Source of the DNA: Planctomycetota bacterium
Lineage (GTDB): Bacteria > Planctomycetota > UBA8742 > UBA2392
Assembly: GCA_020845475.1 (NCBI GenBank)
Contig: JADLFN010000046.1
Span: 12,997 to 76,996, forward strand
DNA length: 64,000 nt
Direction of reading: 5' to 3'
A program made the position numbers and the translations under genes. The notes below the pieces were generated by a model. That model was not told the origin of the DNA, did not search any database, and saw nothing but the letters and a program-made list of their open reading frames with translations. This document shows, piece after piece, positions 25,167 through 36,746 of this stretch (positions are counted from its first letter, which is position 1; the number at the start of each line of letters is the position of its first letter).

Positions 25167-26234
25167 ATGATTCGCGAGATGCTAGACGACCTGCTCAAGA
25201 GCCGCAACGTGGTGGTGCGCGCCCCCAACGCCCTGGGTGATCTCATCATGGCCACGCCGGCATTCGCCCGGCTGGCGGCGCACTTCGGCAAGGAGCGTCT
25301 TTCGCTGATCTGCCTGCCGGCGGGCGCGCAACTATTGCAGGGAAACGCCTGGTTCAAGGAACTCATTCCCTACGACCGAGCCAAAGCCCACAAAGGTTTC
25401 ACCGGTGGCCGCAGATTCGTGAAAGAACTGCGCGCGCGGGATTTCGACCTGGGCATCATCCTGCCAAACAGCTTTGGCAGCGCGTGGCAGATGCTGCGCG
25501 CGGGCGTGAAAAAGCGCGTGGGCTATTTCAAAGAGGGCCGGCGCTGGATGCTGCACGCGGGCCGCAAGCGCGAAACCGACGCGCGCGGCAAGTTCGTGCC
25601 CAAGTACACCGGCGCTTACTTCATGGATTTGATTGACACGCTCGGGCTGCCTCCGGGACCAATGGTTCCCAGCCTGCCCGTAAGCGGTGATGAACGCTCG
25701 CGCGCGGCTGCATTTCTCGCCGAACGGAAGATCGCGCGCGGCCCGCTGGTGATTCTCGCGCCCGGCGCTGCGTTCGGCCCCAGCAAGCTCTGGCCTGCGG
25801 AACGCTTTGCCGCCGTAGGCGACGCGCTGCGCAAAGAGGGAGCCAGCGTGCTCATCAGCTATGGCCCCGGCGAGGAAGAAACGGTAGCCGCGCTGCAAAA
25901 GGCGGCCGCGCCCTTTGCGACCAGCGAGGGGATTGGGCTGAGCACACTTAAGGCGGTGTACGAGAAAGCCACGCTGGTGATTTCGAATGACACGGGGCCA
26001 AGGCACATGGCGGTGGCGCTGGGCAGACCGGTCATCACGCTCATGGGCCCCAACGACCCGCGTTACTCAGAGTTCGCAGGCGAAAAGGGCGAAGTCATCC
26101 GTGTATCCGTAGATTGCAAGCCCTACGCGCAGCCATGCCAGTTGAAGGAATGCCCGATCGATCACCGCTGCATGAAGGGCATTGAGATCGGCCGTGTGCT
26201 GGCCAGCGCGCGCCAGTGGCTAGGAGCCCAATGA
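25167..26234 (+). CDS. glycosyltransferase family 9 (LPS heptosyltransferase-like)
   Basis: ..VRAPNALGDLIMATPAF.. N-terminus, ..ILAPGAAFGPSKLWP.., ..LVISNDTGPRHMAVALGRPVITLMGP.. are typical of GT9 WaaF/WaaC-type enzymes. Confidence 0.85.
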   Translation: MIREMLDDLLKSRNVVVRAPNALGDLIMATPAFARLAAHFGKERLSLICLPAGAQLLQGNAWFKELIPYDRAKAHKGFTGGRRFVKELRARDFDLGIILPNSFGSAWQMLRAGVKKRVGYFKEGRRWMLHAGRKRETDARGKFVPKYTGAYFMDLIDTLGLPPGPMVPSLPVSGDERSRAAAFLAERKIARGPLVILAPGAAFGPSKLWPAERFAAVGDALRKEGASVLISYGPGEEETVAALQKAAAPFATSEGIGLSTLKAVYEKATLVISNDTGPRHMAVALGRPVITLMGPNDPRYSEFAGEKGEVIRVSVDCKPYAQPCQLKECPIDHRCMKGIEIGRVLASARQWLGAQ

Positions 26235-26297
26235 GCCTCGTGCGAAAGCGCATGGTTATCTGCACAAGACACGTACCTGATTTTTGACCGGCAGTGT

Positions 26298-26535
26298 GCC
26301 CCGTAGGGGCCTAACGGCAATAGCCGTGGGTGGAGCGAGTCCGACGAAGTCGGACCAGCGAAACCCACGGAAAACGCGCCCAAGGGTCAAAGCCCTGAAA
26401 GGGCGACCGGAATTCGCGAGTACCTCCCGGTCGCCCTTACAGGGCTTGGTTTCTCGTGCGCGGCACACCGGGGGTTGCGCTCGCCGTTTCAGGCTCGCTC
26501 CACCCCCGGCTATTACCGCTTGGCCCTTTCAGGGC
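26298..26535 (-). repeat. hairpin-dense ~235-bp repeat, copy B (inverted relative to copy A at 3317-3547)
   Basis: The reverse complement begins gccctgaaagggccaagcggtaatagccgggggtggagcgagc..gcgagcgcaacccccgg and ends gcccctacggggc, collinear with copy A. Confidence 0.8.
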
Positions 26536-26646
26536 AATATTCATCCGGCAGATCCCAGACCAATCACTTGAGTAGAGACCTTTTCAGAAGCGCGAAAGCC
26601 GGGTGTGGGTTCTTTGCTACTCCTAGCGCTGCTGCCCGCTGATTGA

Positions 26647-26883
26647 TTACTTTCTACGAGTCGGCGAAGCATGAAACCGGGACTGGAACAACCAGTACTT
26701 GCAGTGCTTGTCGCCATTTATCTTGTTCAATCGCGCGGTCTCTTGAACAGCTACTTCTTCGTTCTCGTAAACCTTGACTGCGGTGATTCCAAAACCCAAG
26801 TCTTCGACAGGAAACTGGTCCTGTCGAACGACCACCCAGATGTGCGGGTTCTTGCTGTGGGGGATTGATTTTTGCGTGGCCAT
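26647..26883 (-). CDS. small hypothetical protein (78 aa)
   Basis: MATQKSIPHSKNPHIWVVVRQDQFPVEDLGFGITAVKVYENEEVAVQETARLNK... Visibly AT-richer than its surroundings. Last gene of the mfd-side string. Confidence 0.5.
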   Translation of the reverse strand: MATQKSIPHSKNPHIWVVVRQDQFPVEDLGFGITAVKVYENEEVAVQETARLNKINGDKHCKYWLFQSRFHASPTRRK

Positions 26884-26948
26884 TCACGAATCCCCGTTTT
26901 CTTCGGCCCTTGTTCCCGATTCCCGGCCCCCGCGCTTCCGCGCGGGGC

Positions 26949-27206
26949 TCATTGCGGGGTTTCTGATTTCTTCTCGTCTTCAGCCTGCAGCATGGCCCGC
27001 ACTTCTTCAAGCGTGTGGTGCAGCTTCAGCAACTCGATCTTGCGGATGCGGTCGAACACTTCTTCGCCGTAGAGGCGATGGCCCGAGGGTGTGCGCTCGG
27101 CAGGTTTGATCAGCCCCAGCATGGTGTAATTGTGGATCGTCTGCCTTGAAAGCTTGGTGTGGCGCATGATCTCGCCGACCTTGAACAGTTTTGGCGGTGC
27201 GCCCAT
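26949..27206 (-). CDS. short MerR-family HTH protein (85 aa, no effector domain)
   Basis: FKVGEIMRHTKLSRQTIHNYTMLGLIKPAERTPSGHRLY, followed by a coiled-coil helix. Confidence 0.8.
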   Translation of the reverse strand: MGAPPKLFKVGEIMRHTKLSRQTIHNYTMLGLIKPAERTPSGHRLYGEEVFDRIRKIELLKLHHTLEEVRAMLQAEDEKKSETPQ

Positions 27207-27216
27207 GGCGTTCCCT

Positions 27217-28356
27217 TTATCTGGCGATTAGCCTTGAGGGCACTATCACCGCCCGCTTCAACAGCGCGCGCTGTACTTTGCCGATGTTCGCATCCAGCTT
27301 CGCGCGCTGCAGCTCGGCCAGCTTCGTTGACTGCCACTGCGGGTCGTCAAACGCAATCGCCTCACCTTCACGCTTGCTGAACAACTGCAGCAATTCATAG
27401 CCTTCAAACTTCAGCTCGTTCTCTTCATAGGGCGCCATGCCCGCAATCTCGGAAATGCCGCCGCGCTCGGGCAAGCTCAGCACCAATTGGTAAGCCGTGT
27501 CATCGAGGTCAGCCTGCGATTTCGCGATTGTGCGCTCCCCCAACACCACCTTCAGCCCGATCAGCCCCATCTGCTTTTCCAGGATTTTCAGGCCCGCAGC
27601 CGCGCTTTCGAGAGACTCGCCTGCGCGCGCGCGGCCCTGCGCATCAACCAGCGCCTCGAACAGTTTCCTCTTTTCGCCAAAGGCGGCATTCACGGGGAAC
27701 ACCACCTTGAGTGAACGATAATCAATCTGCGTCGCGTTCTTGTTCACCTTGCGGTCGTCGTTGAAGGCCTTGCGCAGCTCTTTGGGTGAAACGTTGAGCG
27801 GGAAATAAACACTCAGGGGATATTCGGTGGGCACCGCGCCCTGGCCACCGGCCATCACGTAAATCATCTGCTGCTGGATGACTTCCGTGCGCTTGCGATC
27901 GCGGTACTCCGAGGGCGTGATGCTGTATTTCTCCTGGAGATAATTGGCCCAGGCGATTTCGTCGCCGTCGGCGATGCCCTTTTGCGAGCGCTCCTGCTTG
28001 ATCAGCGCGCGCACATCGGACTCGCGAATGTTGGCATCGGCGCGCACCTTACGAGCCTCATTGAGCAGCAGGCGGTTGATGATGAACACTTCAATCTGGC
28101 TGTAAACGATCGCGCGCTCGATTTCCTGGTCTGACACGTTGTCGGGAATGCGCCGCACCTGGCGCATCGTGCGCACCTCAATGGCCAGATCAAGCTTGCC
28201 GATCACGTCCTGATAGGTAATCGGCGTGCCATCCACCACGGCCACGATTTCGTTCGAGCCTTCACTGAGGCGCTCGCCTTCAGCAAGCGCGGCCAGGGGC
28301 AGCATCAAGGTCAGCGTGATGGCGGCAATCAGTCGAGTCATGGCGGCAGGTTGCAT
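27217..28356 (-). CDS. secreted SurA-N-terminal-domain-like chaperone protein
   Basis: Signal peptide ..LIAAITLTLMLPLAALAEG. IVAVVDGTPITYQDV...ERAIVYSQIEVFIINRLLLNEA resembles the SurA/PpiD N-terminal chaperone domain. No parvulin motif seen. Confidence 0.65.
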   Translation of the reverse strand: MQPAAMTRLIAAITLTLMLPLAALAEGERLSEGSNEIVAVVDGTPITYQDVIGKLDLAIEVRTMRQVRRIPDNVSDQEIERAIVYSQIEVFIINRLLLNEARKVRADANIRESDVRALIKQERSQKGIADGDEIAWANYLQEKYSITPSEYRDRKRTEVIQQQMIYVMAGGQGAVPTEYPLSVYFPLNVSPKELRKAFNDDRKVNKNATQIDYRSLKVVFPVNAAFGEKRKLFEALVDAQGRARAGESLESAAAGLKILEKQMGLIGLKVVLGERTIAKSQADLDDTAYQLVLSLPERGGISEIAGMAPYEENELKFEGYELLQLFSKREGEAIAFDDPQWQSTKLAELQRAKLDANIGKVQRALLKRAVIVPSRLIAR

Positions 28357-28372
28357 GAGTCGCGCAAAGGCG

Positions 28373-31300
28373 TCAAGCCTGAGCGACGCGCGAAAGCGCC
28401 TGCAGCAGGTTGCTCAGGAAGCGCAACTGATCCAGCGGCGCCTCGAGTCCTTTTCGCAGGGGCAGCGCGAGCGTGGTTTCATCGAGCACGCGAAACGACT
28501 TGCTGACCTTGTCCAGGCTTCGGTGCGCCTGCGGAGCCGAAAGCGCGCGCAATTTCAAATGGCCTTCCGCCTTGGCCACGCTGGTGATGCCAAGCCGCGC
28601 CAGGCGCGTGCGCACCATGGCGGCCGTAACCATATCGCCGAGAACGCGCGGCGGCTTGCCGAAGCGATCAGAGAGTTCGCGCGTGAGGGCCTCGGCTTCT
28701 TCGTGGGAGCCGATGCGCGCCATGCGCCGGTAAACCTCCAGTCGGCGGCGCGGCGAGGGGATGTAATCCTCGGGCAGGCGCAAATCGAGTCCCAGTTGCA
28801 GCGAAGTATCCACGTCGGGCGCGACGGGCTGGTTCTTCAGTTTGCGCACCGCGCGTTCGAGCAGCCGGCAATAGAGATCATAGCCGATGCTGGCAATGTG
28901 CCCGCTTTGCTCAGCACCCAGCAGGTTGCCCGCGCCGCGCAGCTCGAGGTCGCGCATGGCGATTTTGAATCCCGCGCCAAGCTCGCTGTGGCGCATGATC
29001 GCCTGCAGGCGTTTGGCGGCGAGCTCGGGCACTTTGGCGTCGTCGGGCAGCAGCAGATAGCAAAAGGCCTGCTGGTGAAAGCGGCCCACGCGCCCGCGCA
29101 ACTGGTGCAGCTCAGCCAGGCCGTACATGTGGGCCTGGTCAATGAACATGGTGTTGGCGCTGCGCACATCGATGCCGCTTTCAATGATCGTGGTGCACAC
29201 CAGCACGTCGATCTTGCGCTCCATGAAGCGCAGCATGACTTCCTCGAGTTCGCGCTCTGCCATCTGTCCGTGGCCGATTTCGACGCGCGCGTCTGGGCAC
29301 AGGCGCTGCACGCGCTCGGCGATGATCTGGATGTCGTAAACACGGTTGTGCACAAAGAACACCTGCCCGTCGCGCGCCAGCTCGTGCGCAATCGCTTCCT
29401 TGATCTGGGCGTCATTCCAGTGCGCAAGCTTGGTGATGACCGCGTGGCGTTCCAAAGGCGGCGTGGTCAGGCTTGAGATGTCGCGCAGCCCGACCATGGC
29501 CTGGTGGAGCGTGCGCGGAATCGGCGTGGCGCTGAGCGTGAGCAAATCCACGGTCTTGCGCAACTGCTTGAGGCGCTCTTTGTGCTCCACGCCAAAGCGC
29601 TGCTCTTCGTCAATCACCACCAGGCCAAGCTCTTTGAACTGCACGTCTTCGCTCAGGAGACGGTGCGTGCCAATCACGATATCGACCTTGCCCTCGGCCA
29701 GCGCGGCTATCACCTTGCGCTGTTCGCCATCGGTACGAAAGCGCGAAAGCAGTTCAATGATCACCGGGAAATCCTGCATGCGCTCACGGAACACCAGCAG
29801 GTGCTGCTGCGCCAGCACCGTCGTGGGCACGAGCACGGCCACCTGCCGGCCCTCCTGCACCATTTTGAAAGCGGCGCGCATGGCAAGCTCGGTTTTGCCG
29901 TAGCCCACGTCGCCGCAGAGCAGGCGATCCATGGGTTTCTTGCCCATCAGATCCTGCTTGATCAGCACCGTGACCTTGGCCTGGTCGGGCGTGTCTCGAA
30001 ACGGGCACTCGGCCTCGAATTCGCTCTGCTCCTGCGTGTCAGCGCCGCAAGGGTTGCCGCTTTCCTGTGCGCGCAGCGCCTGCACTTCGAGCAGATTGGT
30101 GGCCAGTTTGAGCACGGCTTCCTGAGCGCGCATCTTTTTGTCGCTCCAGGCCGCGGTGTTGTACTTGCTGAGCCGAGGCACTTCGCCGCGCGCGCCGATG
30201 TATTTCTGCACGACGTCGGCATTGCTCACGGGCACATGCAGCGTCAGGCCGTCGTCGAACTCGAGCGCGAGGAATTCGCCCTTGGTGCCCTCGCGCGAGA
30301 GCGTCTCCATGCCCTTGTAGCGCGCTATGCCGTGCGCGAGGTGCACCACGTAATCGCCGGGTTCAAGATCAACAAAATCATCGAGCACGTCGCTGGAGGC
30401 GCGCACGGTTTCGCCCTCAACGGCAACGCGGCGGCGCAAGCGGCCCAGCAACTCGTGCAGGCTGAGCAGCGCGATTTTCTCAGCGGCGAATGCGCGCCCC
30501 CCGCCGATGTCGCCGTCCAGCAGCTCAAGCCGCGCACTTGCGATCACGCCCTGCGCCTTGAGGCTTTCGCGCGCGAGCTTCATTTCGTGCTCGTTGCCGC
30601 AGAACAACGCCACCGTCACATTTCCCTCGTCGAGCGCCTTGAGCAGCGTAGCCACGCCGGCGTAGCCCTCCCCCAGCGCCAGCGGCGTGCTCATGTCAAG
30701 CGAGCGCGGCTGTGCGCCTGAATCGAGCACGAGGCCGGGCCGAGAGAGCGCATCACTGGCAATCTTCAGGCGTTTGGCGGCGTGCGCATCGTGGGTGAAA
30801 CTCGCGATGGCCGAAAGCCGCGACTGGCAGCGCGCGGGCTCGATGACGATCAACGACTTGGGGCCCTCCACATAATCTAGCAGCGTGGCCTTGACCGTTT
30901 TATCGAGCGCGACCAGTGCAAAAGCCGCGGCTTCGAGCGACTCGGTGCTGCGCTGCGTCAGCGGGTCAAAGGCGCGCACGCTTTCAATCTCGTCGCCGAA
31001 CAGCTCAACACGATAAGGGTGGCGCGCGCCATGGGGAAACACGTCAATGATGCCGCCGCGCCGCGCGAATTGCCCCGGTTCTTCGGCCTGGTCGCCGCGC
31101 GTGTAACCCGCGGCCACGAGGCGTTCGAACAACGGATCGGTCTTGAGCTTCTGCCCCGGCACAAAGGAAACGTTGGCGCGGGCGATTTCGGAGGGCGCGG
31201 GCACGGCATCGAGCAAGGCGCCCACGGGTGCGATCAGCACGCGCACACTTTCGCCGCGCGCGTCGAGGCGCGAGAGCAGCGCTGACCATGCCGCTGCGCG

Positions 31301-31540
31301 CTCGGAATCGCTCACTTCCAGCGCCGGCGCCAGCAACACGCCCAGATCGGGAGTCAGCGCCTGCAAGTCGAGCGCAAGTTCTTCGGCCATTTCGGGCCCG
31401 GCCGTGATGCACAGGCGCAGGCCTTTGCTCTTCGCCAGCGAAGCCGCCAGCGCCACGGAAATCCCGCAGCCCGAAAGGCCTCCAAGCGCATCCTTGAGTT
31501 GCGCGCCGACCTGCTTGAGGAGTGTTGCTACGGTGGCCAT
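28373..31540 (-). CDS. mfd: transcription-repair coupling factor
   Basis: 1055 aa. CarD/TRCF domain (GDYVVHLAHGIARYKG), helicase motifs GDVGYGKTE and DEEQRFGV, and the TRG region. Confidence 0.97.
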   Translation of the reverse strand: MATVATLLKQVGAQLKDALGGLSGCGISVALAASLAKSKGLRLCITAGPEMAEELALDLQALTPDLGVLLAPALEVSDSERAAAWSALLSRLDARGESVRVLIAPVGALLDAVPAPSEIARANVSFVPGQKLKTDPLFERLVAAGYTRGDQAEEPGQFARRGGIIDVFPHGARHPYRVELFGDEIESVRAFDPLTQRSTESLEAAAFALVALDKTVKATLLDYVEGPKSLIVIEPARCQSRLSAIASFTHDAHAAKRLKIASDALSRPGLVLDSGAQPRSLDMSTPLALGEGYAGVATLLKALDEGNVTVALFCGNEHEMKLARESLKAQGVIASARLELLDGDIGGGRAFAAEKIALLSLHELLGRLRRRVAVEGETVRASSDVLDDFVDLEPGDYVVHLAHGIARYKGMETLSREGTKGEFLALEFDDGLTLHVPVSNADVVQKYIGARGEVPRLSKYNTAAWSDKKMRAQEAVLKLATNLLEVQALRAQESGNPCGADTQEQSEFEAECPFRDTPDQAKVTVLIKQDLMGKKPMDRLLCGDVGYGKTELAMRAAFKMVQEGRQVAVLVPTTVLAQQHLLVFRERMQDFPVIIELLSRFRTDGEQRKVIAALAEGKVDIVIGTHRLLSEDVQFKELGLVVIDEEQRFGVEHKERLKQLRKTVDLLTLSATPIPRTLHQAMVGLRDISSLTTPPLERHAVITKLAHWNDAQIKEAIAHELARDGQVFFVHNRVYDIQIIAERVQRLCPDARVEIGHGQMAERELEEVMLRFMERKIDVLVCTTIIESGIDVRSANTMFIDQAHMYGLAELHQLRGRVGRFHQQAFCYLLLPDDAKVPELAAKRLQAIMRHSELGAGFKIAMRDLELRGAGNLLGAEQSGHIASIGYDLYCRLLERAVRKLKNQPVAPDVDTSLQLGLDLRLPEDYIPSPRRRLEVYRRMARIGSHEEAEALTRELSDRFGKPPRVLGDMVTAAMVRTRLARLGITSVAKAEGHLKLRALSAPQAHRSLDKVSKSFRVLDETTLALPLRKGLEAPLDQLRFLSNLLQALSRVAQA

Positions 31541-31647
31541 ACAAATACGTCCGCGAGGCGCGAGCCGTTTGGCCCCGCCCTCCTGGTTATCTCACCTCGT
31601 CACGGGCAAGAGGCCCGTGACCCCGCAGGCACGATGCCTGCGCCACA

Positions 31648-32361
31648 TTATGCGCGCATGTCCTGAATGCGGCGGCAATATGGGCAGCGCACTACCTTGT
31701 TGCGCGCGCGCACTTCGCTGACGTGCTGTTGCGTGAGCTCGCCCGCGCAGCCAAGGCACTCGCCCGGCTTGACCAGGCAGATGGCGCTGCCGGGGTTCTG
31801 CCGGTTGGCCACCTCATATTGTTCGCGCAGGCCTTCCTCCACGGCCGCCACGATCGGGGCGCGTGCCAGCGTGTGTTGATCGATGATCGCCTGTTGCGCC
31901 GCAATGATCGCGTTCGACTGCCTTTCCAGCCCGGCAAGTTCCTCCGCGATCACAGCCTGCTTCTTCTTCAACTCCGCCAGGCCTTTCATCGCACCTTCAA
32001 TCTGCTCCAGGCGTTCGAGGCCGCGCGTTTCGATTTCATCGAGGTGGCCGCGCTCTTTGGCCAGGGCAGCGGTCACGTTCTTGATCTGCGCTTCGCTGGT
32101 CGAGGTGCCGGATTGCGCTTCGAGCTGTGCGATGCGCTGCTCGAGGCGCTTGAGTTCGGCCTCGTCGTCGCGCTCGGCGCTGCGCAACTTGTCGATCGCG
32201 GCCTGTGCGTTAGCGGATTCTTTCTGTGCGGCTGCAAGCTTGACTCTGGCGCGGTCAACCTCGGCTTTGGCACGCGCGATTTCTTTCTGTGCCGCGACCG
32301 TGGGCTCATCGTGCGATCGCAGTTGCCAGAGCAGGTCAAGGGATTGTGCGAACGTGGACAT
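31648..32361 (-). CDS. coiled-coil + C4 zinc-ribbon protein (COG1579 / CT398-like)
   Basis: Long Ala/Glu/Gln coiled coil, then CLGCAGEL...VVRCPYCRRI zinc ribbon. Confidence 0.8.
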   Translation of the reverse strand: MSTFAQSLDLLWQLRSHDEPTVAAQKEIARAKAEVDRARVKLAAAQKESANAQAAIDKLRSAERDDEAELKRLEQRIAQLEAQSGTSTSEAQIKNVTAALAKERGHLDEIETRGLERLEQIEGAMKGLAELKKKQAVIAEELAGLERQSNAIIAAQQAIIDQHTLARAPIVAAVEEGLREQYEVANRQNPGSAICLVKPGECLGCAGELTQQHVSEVRARNKVVRCPYCRRIQDMRA

Positions 32362-32386
32362 GCCAGTGTTATAGCCGAGAACGACG

Positions 32387-32412
32387 CAGGGGCGACAACT
32401 ATGTCGCCCCTG
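32387..32412. repeat. CAGGGGCGACA-acta-TGTCGCCCCTG palindrome in the rpoD 3' spacer (possible terminator)
   Basis: 11-bp perfect arms with a 4-nt loop, 25 nt after the rpoD stop. Same arm sequence as the 28-nt palindrome inside aroA (61939-61966). Confidence 0.8.
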
Positions 32413-32436
32413 CGGTGGACGTATTCCTGCCTGCGG

Positions 32437-34398
<1,962 letters not shown>

Positions 34399-34518
34399 TG
34401 GCTTGCTTTCTGTCTTGAAGGGGGCCCTGTATAGGAAGGGAACCCGCCTAGCCCAACTATTTAACGAAAACCGTCTAACTAACTTTCACGCGAAACGGCA
34501 TTTATCGCGCAATCATGC

Positions 34519-36303
34519 CTACGCCGGTCGGCCACTGCGCTTCTCAGGGCGCGTCTTCGACTTCCTCAGGGCCTCCAGACTCGTGCGATCGGCTGTCTTG
34601 GCCGGGCCTTGGGCAAAACGCTTCAATTCGTCCAGCAGCGCTTCTTGCGATTCCCGCATGCCCTCCGCCCCCTGGTTGACCGGCACGTCAACCAGTTTGA
34701 GCACTTCCTCGAGTTCGGCGCGGCCCGCTTGCTTCAAATGCGGGTAAAGCGAGCCCGGCACAACGCTGCCGTGCTCATCCCAGGCGTTGAGCAGGGCGAT
34801 GTACAGCTCGCGCAGGCCTTCATTTGCAAACACCACCGCGTCAAGAACTTCACTCGCGGCGGGCAACAACTGGGGCTGACCGAAGAGATCCGCGACCAGA
34901 CGGCGCTCGTACGCAACCTGGCCGCCCTGCACACCGCGAACCGCGCCGCTTGCCGTCACGCGCGGCTCGCTGCGGGATTCCTCACGCTGCTCACGGCGTG
35001 CCAGCTGGGCCGCGGCGTCAGCCACAACCAGGGCAATCTGCGATTCGCGCAGCTTTAGCGCCGTCGCGGCATAACTAAGGTAGCGGCCGCGCAGGCGTTC
35101 ATCTTCAACACGCGCGAGCAACTCAGCGATCTCGGCGACTGCGCCCGTAACTTCGGCAGGACGCGAAAGGTTGTAGCGCGAGCGCACCATTTCGAGTTTG
35201 AAGTCAAACGCGTCGCGCTGGTTCTTGAGCACGGCTTCGAATGCTTCAGGGCCTTCGGCGCGCAGCAAATCAAAAGGATCCATGTCGCCGGGGATGATCG
35301 CCACTGTGGCATCAGCGCCGGCTTCAAGCACGATGTTCAAGCCACGCTCGGCGCCGGCAATGCCCGCAGCGTCGCCGTCGAGCACGAGCGAAATTCCGCT
35401 GCCATATCGCCGCAATAGCTGCACCTGTTCCGCCGTCAGTGCCGTGCCCAGCGGTGCCACCGCGTTGTCAAAGCCCGCTTCGTGCGCGGCAATGACATCG
35501 GTGTAGCCCTCCATAATCAGCGCACGGCCATCTTTCTTCATGCGCTGACTGCTCGCGAGCTTGTCGAGGCCGTAGAGCAATTTGCTCTTGGAAAACAGCG
35601 GGCCTTCGGGCGAGTTGATGTACTTTTGCGTCTTGGCATCGGGGTCGAGCAGACGGCCGCCAAAGCCCACAATGCGGCTCTGCGCGTCGTGAATGGGAAA
35701 CGTGACGCGGCCACGGTAGAAATCATAGGTGCGGCCGCTGTCGTTCTTGCGCGCAACGCCACTGGCCAAAATGGCTTCGAGGTCCTTGCCGCGTTCGAGC
35801 AGCAGATCAGTCAGCTTGCTCCATTCATCGGGCGCATAGCCAATGCCCCAGCGCTGGGCAACGTCGCCATCAAGGCCGCGCTGCTTGAGATAGTCGTTCG
35901 CCGCGGGCGAGCGCTTGAGTTCGTGCAGGAAATACTTCTGCGCCAGAGCGAGAATCTCGAAGGTTTTGTCGCGCAGCGAGCGATCCTGCTGCGAAGGCCC
36001 GCCCTTTTCGTAAGCGAGCTGCAGGCCGGCGCGCGCGGCCAGTTTCTCGACGGCCTCGGGAAAGGCGAGCTTTTCGAACTTCATGACGAAATCGACAACG
36101 TTGCCGTGCTCCTTGCAGCCAAAACAGTAGTACATCTCGCGCGAGGGCGAGACGGAGAACGACGCAGATTTTTCCTGATGGAAGGGGCAGCAGGCCCAGA
36201 AATCCTTGCCGCGCTTTTCGAGCTTCACGTATTGCTCGATCACAGCGACAATGTCATTGGCCCTGCGCACCTCTTCGATGCTATCGCGTGATATCAGTCC
36301 CAC
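34519..36303 (-). CDS. dnaG: DNA primase
   Basis: Zinc finger CPFHQEKSASFSVS..YYCFGCKEHGN and TOPRIM EGYTDVIA. Sits upstream of rpoD as in the classic macromolecular-synthesis operon. Confidence 0.95.
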   Translation of the reverse strand: MGLISRDSIEEVRRANDIVAVIEQYVKLEKRGKDFWACCPFHQEKSASFSVSPSREMYYCFGCKEHGNVVDFVMKFEKLAFPEAVEKLAARAGLQLAYEKGGPSQQDRSLRDKTFEILALAQKYFLHELKRSPAANDYLKQRGLDGDVAQRWGIGYAPDEWSKLTDLLLERGKDLEAILASGVARKNDSGRTYDFYRGRVTFPIHDAQSRIVGFGGRLLDPDAKTQKYINSPEGPLFSKSKLLYGLDKLASSQRMKKDGRALIMEGYTDVIAAHEAGFDNAVAPLGTALTAEQVQLLRRYGSGISLVLDGDAAGIAGAERGLNIVLEAGADATVAIIPGDMDPFDLLRAEGPEAFEAVLKNQRDAFDFKLEMVRSRYNLSRPAEVTGAVAEIAELLARVEDERLRGRYLSYAATALKLRESQIALVVADAAAQLARREQREESRSEPRVTASGAVRGVQGGQVAYERRLVADLFGQPQLLPAASEVLDAVVFANEGLRELYIALLNAWDEHGSVVPGSLYPHLKQAGRAELEEVLKLVDVPVNQGAEGMRESQEALLDELKRFAQGPAKTADRTSLEALRKSKTRPEKRSGRPA

Positions 36304-36378
36304 TCGCCGTCCGCCGTAGTCTCAGAGCCAAGCCCAGCCATAGTCCTATATTTGCAAGCGCGGAAGTGTACCACACGC

Positions 36379-36496
36379 TTGTCAAGTCGTCAAACGAAGC
36401 GTGTCAAGTGCCTCGTGGTGAATTTGTTGTAACCTGCATTAGAAGCGATGGTTAGGCGTTTACGAGTGGTCAAGCCCTTGGCGGTGCCTGTCAAGT
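36379..36496 (-). promoter_or_regulatory. cluster of TGTCAAGT motifs (ACTTGACA on the gene strand) upstream of dnaG
   Basis: Exact TGTCAAGT at 36380-36387, 36402-36409 and 36489-36496, plus TGGTCAAGC at 36467-36475. GTCAAG cores start at 36381, 36403, 36469 and 36490, giving two pairs spaced 21-22 bp. The gene-strand form contains TTGACA. Confidence 0.5.
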
Positions 36497-36524
36497 CCTC
36501 GCGGGGAAGGCTCCGCCAAATGAT

Positions 36525-36553
36525 CGAAACCGGCAGACGGGCCGCCGGTTTCG
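36525..36553 (-). terminator. 10-bp GC-rich hairpin just 3' of tRNA-Glu
   Basis: cgaaaccggc / gccggtttcg with a 9-nt loop, 8 nt downstream of the tRNA 3' end. Only a weak T-tract follows. Confidence 0.4.
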
Positions 36554-36560
36554 TGGTGTT

Positions 36561-36637
36561 TGGTACCCCTAACCGGATTCGAACCGGTGTCTAAGCCTTG
36601 AGAGGGCTTCGTCCTGGGCCAGCTAGACGATAGGGGC
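36561..36637 (-). tRNA. tRNA-Glu (anticodon CUC), CCA encoded
   Basis: Reverse complement GCCCCTATCGTCTAGCTGGCCCAGGACGAAGCCCTCTCAAGGCTTAGACACCGGTTCGAATCCGGTTAGGGGTACCA. It folds as a cloverleaf: anticodon stem AAGCC/GGCTT, loop CTCTCAA, T-arm ACCGG-TTCGAAT-CCGGT. The D-arm matches the tRNA-Glu type. Confidence 0.9.
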
Positions 36638-36746
36638 GAAGTTGTAGCCGCGCCTGCTGCGGCGGTAATCCAAGGCGAGGGAAGCTAACAACGCACGCCA
36701 AACCGTCAAGCACTCGCGCTAAACGTGCCGCGATCGAGAGATTCGG

